The notes beneath the pieces are model-generated. The model saw only the letters and a program-made list of their open reading frames with translations. It did not search any database and was not told the DNA's origin. A stretch of DNA of 64,000 bases from a virus. The stretch lies in the IMG/VR virus record IMGVR_UViG_3300018420_000012, positions 27,944 to 91,943 of that record, one strand, 5' to 3'. Shown piece after piece: positions 28,532 through 40,500 of the stretch. The translations under genes and the position numbers were made by a program. Within the stretch, counting starts at the first letter, position 1, and each line of letters opens with the position of its first letter.

Positions 28532-31500
28532 ATGTCAGATTTATTTTTTAAAGCACTAGAATGTTCTTGTGTAAAAGGAACCGCAGTTACTTGTCCTGCT
28601 GGTGGCGAGATCGTTGCAACTATGTCTGCGACAGCTACAATATCTGCTTCCGTTGAATCAGATTCAAAAATATTTTCACCACAACCCGCAGATATTTGCA
28701 ATGATACAGTTCAAGCCATTTCCGGTAGTGGCCCACTTTACCTTGTTACTACAAATGGTTCGTGTGGTGATATCAACACGGATTCTCTAGCTCAAATTTC
28801 TATTGGTGAAGAAACTTATTATTACAACATTATAACTATTGATGGTAATTCAATAACTTTAGAGTATGATAATAGTACAGACGATATTGATAGACAGATA
28901 GAGATTGGTGATAGTCTACAATTCACTACTTATCTTGACACTATTCCGGTAGCTATATCAAGAACAAGGGGTTTGTCACAAGTTGTCGAGGCTGACTCCG
29001 AGGTTTCAGCAAAGGCTTCTGCTAGAATTCAATTTGATCTAGACGCTTTCTTAGCGGAGGGTGAAATTGTTGAAGATTTATCAGCCGATTATTCTGCCAG
29101 TGGATTATTCATATCCGATGGGGAGTTTATAAATACAAATACCGACAAGGTTAATGGTGAATTTAGTGATTTTTATTGTCAACAAATTCTTTATCCAAGT
29201 GGCGACTTAGCTATTGATGAAGGGTTTGGCTCCTTCATCGCCGTCTATAATCAGAGTGGCAATCTTTATTCGTACATTGATGAGGGTGTCTATCAGGGCT
29301 TATTGATGGACCGTGGAGATTCCGTTCTATTAACCGACGATATAAATTCATTTATTCACCCAAATACAATTCACACAGAGGGCTTCTTTCAGTATAAATG
29401 CTCTCTTACAGAGCTATACGTTCGTCCAGACGATTCGTATTTAAGAATGAGGGTTTCTGCTCCACTCAGAAACTACGAATCTAGAATTGCCCCTCTCTAT
29501 ACCGTCTATAATATTAGGCTTAATGACCCATCTGGTAATCTTATTATTAAGTACAAAGATTTTACCGTAAGGGGAGACTCAGATCAAGAACATCCAAACT
29601 ATACAACTTACTCCATATCCACAGAGCAGAATGTATTAGCCGAAAGCTATGACTGGGAGAGAACGACACAGCCACATATGCACGAGGTTAGTGGCTATTC
29701 GTTGTCATTTAATATTAGAGCTATAGCACTTGATGATGCATTTACAGAAGGTTTTGACGAGGGCTTTGAAGAAAATTATATCATACCAGAAATATTTAAT
29801 GTTAGCGGTAATAATTATTTAGCACTAGATGGTTCTCCAATTTCCACCCAAGAAGAAAGATTTATTAATCCTACGGATGGGTTTAGAATTTCTGCTCTAG
29901 AAATTTGTAATAGTGGCGGGATTGGGTTTGGTTATAGAATAGAAAACACTCTGTCATTCTATACTGAAGTACCAGAAACCGGAAGAAGATTAGAGCGTCA
30001 AATTCTTCCTTCCTTTATGCCAGTGTCTACGTTTGATACATCAATCTGGCCTTCTGTTAGTAGTGTCTGGGAAAGCTCAAGAGACAACTCTGTTACCAAT
30101 CTTGATAAGTGCGGTTCAGAAGAACTAATTAAAATTCTAACGGGTGGTGGCCCTGATTATATTACCCTTAATGCTATGGGTGGCGATAATATTGCCGACT
30201 CTGGAAAACTCACCATTAAATTTTCTTATGGGCCTTCTCCTGTCAGCGAAGTGACATTAGGTGCGTTCAATTCTGATTTTGACCAAAACACTGAATCTAT
30301 TTGGTTTAGCCCAAGCGGTGCTTTTAATACAGAAAATACAACTACTGGAGATCGACTAAAGCAAGATTTGTCTTTTGTTGATATTGACACTCTCACACTC
30401 AAAGTTGTAGCCAAGAAAGAAATTGGTTCTAGAGATTACATCCTTGATGTTGTTGGATACAGTGATGATAAACTTCTAAATATGACCCCTGCTTCCGGTG
30501 GATTTATTCAAGACCCATCTGGAGTTATTCTTAATGATCTATTTGTTCCGAATGTAGGTCAACATCCAGTTCTGTCTGGTTTTTATTCTAATGGCAACGA
30601 CTTCGCACTTGGTGGCACCGCCATCTCCCAAAAAGAACAATACTATCAAGCCAGCGGAAACGATCACTATAAACTCGCTCAGTACCCAACTGTTACCGGT
30701 ACAGAATTTGAGACTTATGAGATACCTTTAGTTATTATAGATGAATCAGTAATCCTTGGTAAAGGTAAAGATTACAGTCTTAGCTCATTATTTGAACACC
30801 TATATTTAGATATATTTCCACTCCCAAGTGGTGCTAGTATCCGAGATATTTCTTTATGTGCTAGGTACAAACCACAAAACGCTTTGCAATTCTATACTGA
30901 AGGTGGAGAGGGCATAGGCAAGCCTCAAGATGGTAGGTCGGAAGCGGCATTATTCCCATCCGGCAGACAAACTGGTGATAATATATTAAATGCTGGTTCT
31001 GGATACGGCCCAATTTCTACCATAGAAGGTCTGCCCCATGCGTTTAGTTCGCCTGAGACAATCAAATCAAACTACTCAAGAAGGTGGCGTGGTCGTGAAG
31101 GCACAGTAAGAGGGCCATACGACATAGACCAGTTCTCGTTCTCTTTTGAGAATCCTCTATTAGATTATCCATTCTTGTCTGGTTACTTCAAGTTTGACGA
31201 TATTGAAGATGGATATGTCAAATCTGCGATTCTTGGCGGTGACTATGGAACCGTTAGTGGTTTAATAGTTGGCGACTTTGAATCATATCAGAATGTTGGA
31301 TGGAGACTAACAAGCGGAACCTTGTTCCAAGATGCTATGCCGGGATTCAGCGGGAACTATACGACAACCGACTGGACTTCTTTATCCAACGGGTCAACGA
31401 CGTTTGTTGGCAATCCAATGTACGGAAAAATTGCCGATGCTTTTGATAGAGTCGTAAGAATATCTGGCGAGTCACAGAATATTAACTTTGGAAATATTGA

Positions 31501-34500
31501 TACTGCGAGTGGCTTCTCTGTCTTTGCTAGATTTACACCGGACGTAAATGTTTCTGGTGCTGATTACGATTTATTTGAAAGCGGAATTTTATTCGCTAAG
31601 TGGGACGCTGCTGGCGATTTAGATTTTGCCCTAGCCTATAGTGGCGGCTTCTTAGCTGGTTATGCACAAGACGACATTGGTAATATTATCAAGGTTATAG
31701 ATACTGTACCTTATAGCGGATATCAATATCCATTAAATGTTATCTTAACTTATAACGATCATCAACAAAGCGGTCTTAAACTTTATACTGATAATGAATT
31801 CTGGCAAGATGAGTTCCCAGTATTGAGAGCAAGTGGTGGTCCTTTCTACAAAAACACAACTAACGCAGATTTAGTTCTTGGTTTTGGTGCTGGTTCTGGC
31901 GTTGGCATGAACATGCTCGTTAGTGAATTTGGTATTTCAACGTGGGCTTCTGGTGTCTATGGCTCTGGAACAAACATTGTAGAATCCAATGCCGATAGAA
32001 CATACAGACAGGTAACAGCTGAAGATTTCTTAATCAATAGTAGAGTTAAATTCTTTGACCCGGACGAGGTTGCTTCTAACGACTCCTACAAGTTGTGGGA
32101 TAGAGTAAATGAAGATACTTACAACGATTGGGATATTGGTGCTTTCCAGAACTGCATGTTCTCCTCTGCTTTTGATGAATTGCAGATCAGACCTAGCATG
32201 GAGCAGATTGTATTTGAGATCAAGCATCATGGTTCTGGTTATACTCAGTACGCAGACCTTCCCTCTCCGTCATCTGTAAATAGTGGTGTGTCCTACCACA
32301 CCCAGATTGAAAACGACTTCCTTCGTTTCCACCTGACAGATGTTCCAGATAATTTCTACTCAGTAAATAGAAGAATCACCAAGACATTACCGATTGGGTA
32401 CAAGTTCTCAGAGAAAGCACTTGTTGTAGAGAGCGTGATCGAACATCACTCTAGCGGAGATATTGTATGGCCTGAGTGTGATGGTCAAGAGGGTCCACGA
32501 TTAATCATTAGTCTTTACACCAAAAACAAAGACCCATACTGGAATACTACTGAGCCTAACTGGGGATTGGTTAATAGAAAAATTCATTATGTGCCACCAT
32601 CTGCTTGTATTTATAGATTTGATAGCACGTTTACCTATGATGATATTTGCGACACCTCAGAAGAGTGGGCTATTTTCCCACAAGAGCCAAGACAGAGAGA
32701 ATTTAAAGAGTCTTATTTCTCTGATGATGTAAACGATATGTTCGTTCAGTACGACCTTGTTTACCCATCCGGCCCAGCTTTTGAGTCAAGGCTTGACCTC
32801 CATTCATCACACATCAGAATGTCAGAGGCCAATATCCTCAAATTAGATGATTCTGGCGTTATGAATCTTTACGCAAGTGGCGGATTCCCAGCTACAGAAT
32901 TCATTAATTTGGTTTGTGGTGAAATTGCTGTGTCTGGCACAGATAGTTTGCCATTGTTGATTGGCACTCCATTGCCGCTTGATAACCTTGAAGATACATC
33001 TGGTTCTGGATTCTTCTTAACAATCAGTGGTGCAATTAGAGTAGCTGAAATTTTACCTCTCTTTACACCTCTACAGTCTGGTATTGAATATCTAGACCTA
33101 TTCATTAGTGGTCAAGAGCCTAGCTCAACTTCTAGCAGTATGAACTTGGCTATGCCTTATACCATTGGCTTCTTTGATTCGTCGAGCGATGCAAACATTA
33201 GAACCACCAGTGGCGGTGGCGGCGGTGGAGGTGGCGGTGGTCAGTCTACGGGTGGCGATCCCGGAGATGATGCTACAATCGGCGGTAAACCACCAGCTAG
33301 TATTACATCAAGTTTCTTTGGTATGCCAATGGTTCTACTTGGAGAATCTGGAGTATATGCAAATAATGATATTCCGCTATATGTCTATGCGACAAATATC
33401 GGAACCTCTGGCAGTTCTACAAACATGCCAATGACCCTTTGGAATAATTTCAATAATACTACCGCAGCAAATAATTCTGGCGTTCTCAATCTAACAACTA
33501 GAGCTATAGGCAAAATAAGAAGTAGATTTAGAAGCGATTACATGCCGCTATTTATCTCTGCACCATTAACACCATCTGCTATACTTCCTTTATACGTTAC
33601 TAACTTCAATATTCCTGTTCAGAATACTGGTAGTATGAACCTAATGACGGCTAATTACTCGTCGGCTGGCGGTTCTGCTTATGGGTTGTGGGATAATATT
33701 AATTACGGAACTGGTATTGAGCTTGATGATAATGTCTACGCAACAGTTCCAGTAGACAATGAAATAAGGGGCGTTGATCTGACGGCTTATGGCTCTTGTG
33801 ATGGTGATAGTCCAAGTAAAGCTATTGATCGTGCCTTGGCTACCGACTGCGTAGCTTGGAGAGAAGAAACGTGTAATGACGGCGGTATATTTAGAGCCAA
33901 AGAAACTTACACAAACCCCGAAGCAACTGGGTTTGACGGGGTAACTCTTGGCTATAGCGGCAATTACTATGGTCTTAGAAAGTTTACCGATCTAGTTCCT
34001 TCGTATAATTATTACACAACTGTAACTATCAAGACCGGCTCTACTGACCCAATTCCTGTGCCAAGAACTTTTGAGGAATGGGAATATGGAATGTGCGGCC
34101 CCGCTTGGGACGCTGATGGTTGCTGCACAGAAGATTGCGATCAGAACCTCGTGTTCTCTGGTGTTAAGTTGATTGGTGACGATGCCTGTGGTGTTCCTCC
34201 ATCCAGTAACCTGTGTGTAGACCCAGATTCTATCGTAGCCTCTGGCAGACATGAATTTGCTAAGTATGGCAAAGCTCTGGCCGTAAAGAATGATTTAATG
34301 GCTGTATCTGCTCCTAATCAAACTATTCCAGAGTACGATATTTATTCAGACCCACCGACTATGGTAGATGTCAGCGGTGCTGGCTCTGTATTCCTTTATC
34401 GTAGAGGCGACGACGTTGCTGGCAAAAAGGCTTCTTGGGAACTCGCAACACAACTCATGCTTCCTACTGGATACCGAAAAGACTACCCTCAAAGAACCAT

Positions 34501-37500
34501 TGACAATCTTCTTAGGTTCGATAACTTTACAATCTCTGGCGTTAAGTGGCAGATTGGTCAAGAGGGTCGTCAATTTGGTGAGTCTGTAGACTTATGTTCT
34601 AGCGGCGATAGAGAAGTAGTTGTAGTTGGAGCACCTAGAGCAAAATGGAGTAGAAACTTTGAAGATATTGTAACGTCTGGAATACCAACCGCTGCTATTA
34701 TCTTTGCCGATAGGTTTGCATATAGTGAAGTCTCTCTAAATAGAATTGCTGCAACAGCTAAAAGATTTGACATCTTATGGAAGTATTTCTCGGCACCTTG
34801 GTATGCAGACTCAATTTATGGTGGAACCCCACCTGAGTTCCAACCTCAGATTGAAACAAAGTTCTTGGTTATTCAATCTTCATTGTCTAGTAAAGATAAT
34901 CCACTAGTTCCTTCTGACAATGATTGGTTTAAGCACATCTATATTCCAAGATTAGATGATTATGATCTATTGGTAGAGACTGGCTCTGGCGTATTCAGCG
35001 ATGCCGGTCAAACGGGGACCGTTCAGCAATACTTTAACTCTGGACTTCCAGTTGTATTTGAACAAATCAATAGTGGTATTAAAGCAGCCTTCTTTGAATT
35101 GTTCCCAAGCGGAAGGTCAGATGTTCTCTATAGTGGTGTACCAGCTATTGTTGGAATGTTCCAAGAGCAAAGCTCGTCTACGTTAGGTGCCTTATCATTT
35201 ACTTCTGAGGGCGGAACTTTCAATTCTGTATACAAAGAGTTTGAAGATTTCTATAACTCTTATTCCATTAGTGGTGTCTATAATCAGATTACTGGAAATC
35301 CTGAAAGTGGACACTTAAATATTGTTCAAGATAGGTCAGAAGATTGGGTTGAAACTACTCAAGAATTGATCTATAACACATTTGACTCTGGAAGGCTTGC
35401 GTCGTCTTACACGAATACAACACTAAATCAATACTTCATCACTAGCGGTGTTGGTCAAGAGTTTGCACAAGAATTCAACATTAATGAATTCCAGATCGCT
35501 CCAGCTTCCGGTGGTCGTGTTTACATCTTTGAAAATGAGAGGGGTAACTTTAATTGTATCCAGCAGATTATTTCTCCTAATGATACATCAGACTTCTTTA
35601 ACGACGAGACAGATTGGTATCTCGGAAACTCTTATGGCAAAAACTACAATGATAGATTTGGTCACTCTGTTTCTATTAGCCAAAACGGTGAAGTTATTTC
35701 TGTTGGCTCTCCATTCTTAGCTGGCTCTCCATGTAGAATCTATGAAAGATCAGAGTCAGCAAATGCATTATTCTATGATGCAGTAAGAAGTTTTGCGTCC
35801 TACATAGGAAACACGGACGCTGTAGATCATTATGACAATATCCTCGCGTTGTCTGGTGCTGCCGTTGCGAAAGAATCAGCCTATGACTATCTAAATGATT
35901 CAGAGAGATTTAGATTAAGAACTGATATAAACTTCTGGGACGGCGATCCACCTAGTGTTTATCAAATTAGCTTTAGCTATAGCTATGGCGATATCGAGTA
36001 TCGGGGCACGAGAAAGTTCTTGCCAGATGAGTTCGCTGGCGGATCAAGGCTTGGTTGGAGTACAGCGACCTCTGATGCTGGTGATTTTGTAGCCTTTGGA
36101 GCACCTACAGACTCGTTCAACCTGTTTGAAGATGTAAACGTCTGGGGCGACGATGAATTGTCTTGGGCTTCTTATAATAATGCTGGTGCTGTTAGAGTAT
36201 TCGAGTCCAGAAAATATTACCCTCATGACAAAGTTGTGGAGTTTGGTAGATTTGGAAACCTAGACAGATCATTCCACAACGAAGAGCGTAATCTTGGTTA
36301 TTATGATGTATGGGATCAGGTATTTGCTTCTGGTTCAGACGGAGAAATTGATTATCAAGGGCACGATTGGCGTAGAATGAATTTTTCGGAAATAGAAATT
36401 CCTACCGATGCCGGTCTTGCATTTATTATCACTCCAGAGATAGACGCTGCCAGCGATGAGATTATTGATAACATTAAGAGTTGGTTAGCACTTGGCGATA
36501 GAAACCTTGTACTTGTGGGTAATGATCCAGTCTGGGAAGAAAATGGTTTATATTCAGATTCTAATGATATAATCAATAACATCCTGAAAAAACTTGGCTC
36601 TAGAATGAAAATCGTTCCAGCCAAAAATGAGCAATATTCATTACAAGGTTGCGTAAGTCTTGAAGATGTAGATGATGATAAATTTAATGTAACACCTTCA
36701 TTACTTCCAGCTCATAGTGCCGGAAGAACTATAGCCGCAGGAAATTACTTTGGTAAGGGTTTTGGTGATATTAGAATTAATCTTGAAGCTGATGGTCAAG
36801 AAGATTTTGTAGAATACATGGACTGCCCTGAAGGTTTAAATGGTAAAGTTATAAATGAAAGATGTGAATTTCCACTCAAGCATCTTGGTGACTTGAGGGC
36901 ACAGTGGCGTGAACAATGTATTTCTACCGGTGGCGGTGAAACTAGGGTTATCAACTATGTTAGAAACTGGCCTCAGATGTTTAACAATGTCCCAAGCTAT
37001 TGTGATGAGCCGCCAATTTATCTTCGTGACGACGCAAGACAAGAGCCAGTTCCTGTTTTAACGACAGCGGAAACTCTACCTGATCGCCCTTGGTCTGTTC
37101 CAGAATCTTCTGGGTACTTCTTTGAGACCTACGGTATTTACGAGTGGCGTTCTTGGACGACTAGCTCAACTGTATATTCTTTTGCTGATACGCATATAGA
37201 CCATGTAGATTTTGATATTTATGAAAATTCTGATTCATCCGTTTCTGGTAATTACACATTATTTGATATCGGTACATATTTTGATCCAGAATTGATTAAT
37301 GCAAGAGATGCGTTAATTCAAGCTAGTGCTGTACCAGTCTTGGTTGGGTATAATCAAACCAAAACCAATATTATTCATGACGAGCATATCATAGCTCTTG
37401 CGGAGTCTGGCAAAAATGACCTCGGAGAATTAAACAGCTCTAGAATTTATCTGATTGCTACCCAGTGGTCCGAAGATGACGCGAGTAGAGGCATAGACGA

Positions 37501-40500
37501 CGGAACCGATAACCAAGACAAGAATACAGAGTTTTATCTTAATCTTGTAACCGAAGATTGTGATAGCATTGCTGGGCCGCGAGGTATTCAGATCAATGGA
37601 TTTACTGGCAGAACATCTCTTAATAATGCTTACTTCTATAACGGTGATGAAAATGACGGTCATTCTCTTGCAAACAAACTTAAAGTTGAGCTAAGTAGAG
37701 ACAGCTCTGGCGGGTATTTCTTAGAAAATAAAAAGACTTCTGATTTGACGGAGTTTGTAGATTTCGCTTGGGTCGCACATCCAAGCGGTAAACCTTCGGC
37801 TCAAGAAATTACAGAAATGAAAAACTGGCTCAATGAGGGTGGCAAAAGACTTATCATCACTTACAATGCTGCAAACTCTGATGATATGAGGCGGGTTGCT
37901 GCTAATGTTGATTATCTATGTAGTGGAATAAATGTAACAAGTAGACCACTTTACGTTCCTTCGCTTGGTTCTTATCAGGTTTCCAACGGTGTCATAGACT
38001 CTTATCGTGACGATGACGGTGGTAGATTTGACACAGATTATGGCGATGTGCAACTTGTAAATACTTCAACAGATTCTATAGCTGGCTGCCCTAATGGGTT
38101 CGCTTACAATTCTGTTTATAACGACTCTACCGCTCTTAGTGGGCTTCATTTCTCAGAACGGTCAGATAATCTTTATAGTTCAGCACTTTCGGATTATAGC
38201 CTAAAAAGAGTTATTCCTATCTCTGGAGGTCAGGATTATGAAAAGATCGTCTGGACAAGTAGAGCGGTAACGGAAAGAGTGTCTGTTCCACCAATAAGAA
38301 GATATAATATAGATGCTCAATCAACGTTCACATTCCCAACCATTCAAAACTCTGGCTACAGAATTTTCTTTGATTGGGTTTCTGAATCGGATCAAGATAA
38401 ATATCCAATTGATATTACCGCTTCAAATGCTTCATTTTCTCCATTTCCTGCATTAAGTGATGATGATAATACTTTCTACGGCTTATCACTAGATCAAACT
38501 CTATCTTTGAATCCAGAAAGTCGTCACATAGACGTGCGTGCTACCAGTGATAGTATTTCTATCGCAGCGTATTCAAGAGAATCTATAGGTGAAGACGAGG
38601 TATCTAATGATGGGTCTATATTCACAACAAGATTACTAGCCATTTCTGGTGCTCCACTTCCGATTACTTCAGAAGTTGCAACAAGTAATGGTAGTGGTTT
38701 GTATCAGGTAGATGAAGTAGTTGTGAATGAGAGATATGTAGTTTATCCTGCTAGAAGCGGTATTATCGAGGGCGAATTTAGACCTGTTTCTCATTTAAGT
38801 TCTATATACTGCAATTCTGAAAATGGTGAAATCTGCGATAGTTTGGGCGATCAAACAATAGAAGATGGTCCGGTTGTCGCGGCTGAAGAGTATGAAAACT
38901 TCTCGTCTTTCCCAGCCGGAAGAAGGAAGTCAAAGATTATTGTTATTAGTGACTCAAGTATGGTTCAGGGGCAATGTCCTCATTATAGATACTCGGCAAT
39001 TCAAGGGAATCAAGCATTTATCAGAAGTCTTTATCCTACTTCTCCTCAAAATTACTTTAGCCCACAAGACGACTCTGATATTTTTGATGACGGCTATCAG
39101 ATAAGAGATGGTAGAAACTTCTACTTTGCACAGAAAATTAGAGCACCTGAACGTGGAAGTGCCGCTAAATATCATGCTGTATCTGGTTCGAGTGTAAGTA
39201 ATATAACTTCGCCTTTATATGGTGGTAATGGTGTTGCTGGAGCACTTGGTAATTATACCGACAATGAAGATAATATTGATCCAACAACTCTTGTTAGACC
39301 AATCGGCCCTAAAAACGTATACAAAATTAGGGATCGTAAAAACGAATTCTTTACCAGTGATGCTCTTGGTGATTACGGAATTTACCCAAGATTCAGTGGC
39401 GACTTCCTAGATTATGCGAATTACCTTGATGGTCAAGACAGTTACGATGAATTGCTTGGGCTTCCATCTGGAACAAATAGAGACTTTATCCTAGATATGG
39501 GTATTGGTGGTGGTATCACTGAACTCATGAAGATCAATAATACTGACTATCTAGATTTAGATGTTTATTATTCTGGATGCTTGGGCGATTTGTTTGGTTA
39601 CTCAATTGATATCACTGACGATAAATTGATTGTCGGTGCCCCATTTAATGCTTTCCACGCTGAAACTGCAATTAGTGGTGTTAGTGGTATTGTTCAGTGG
39701 CATGAAATAGTAAACGGCGAAGCTGGCTCTGGAATTAAGATTGCAGAAGATGGTGGTGCTGGTGCTGCGTTTGTTTACCACAGGACTGGCAGGGGAGAGA
39801 ATATTATTGAAGAATTCTTACCTTGGGAATTTATCTCTAAGTTGAAGCCAAGCAGTCTAAATGTTGGTGTTTACGACTTTACGCCAGACCCAAGAACAGC
39901 ATTTGAGCAACAGCGAGGTATTGATATTCAGAACAATCCTTCGTTTATTTTAGATCATGGTAAGAGATCAGACAACTTTGGTATTTCGGTATCTATTGAT
40001 TGCGACATGGCTGTTATTGGTGCTCCAAACCACGACTATGAGACATTACATCATCATATCTATAGCGGTGCAGTAGCACTAAATGGTAGTGGCCTGAGTA
40101 CAGCTTTACACAGAAAGAGCTTTAATGCAGAGTTTGACATTCCAACCCACTCATTCTATGATTTGGGTAGCTCCGGTGTAAGAGTTGATGACTTCAATAA
40201 TAATAGCGGTGTTGCGATTCTCAATAATGGTGCTGTATTTAATTACCGATATGAGCTGACAGACTTCCAAGCTCGCGAGCAAAATTGGGTTTATGCACAA
40301 AAATTGGTAGCACAAGGCTATAAAGATAGAACTGCTACTCAGTTTGGCCCTCCATTACCTCCAGATTTTGAAACATATATTACTTCTAGCGGCACAGAAA
40401 ATGATAGATTTGGAGCTGCTGTAGCGATAGACAGAGCGTACAGGGGTGATAGTGACTACACATTGGTTGCTGGCTCTCCTCAACACGATTGGTCAACCAG

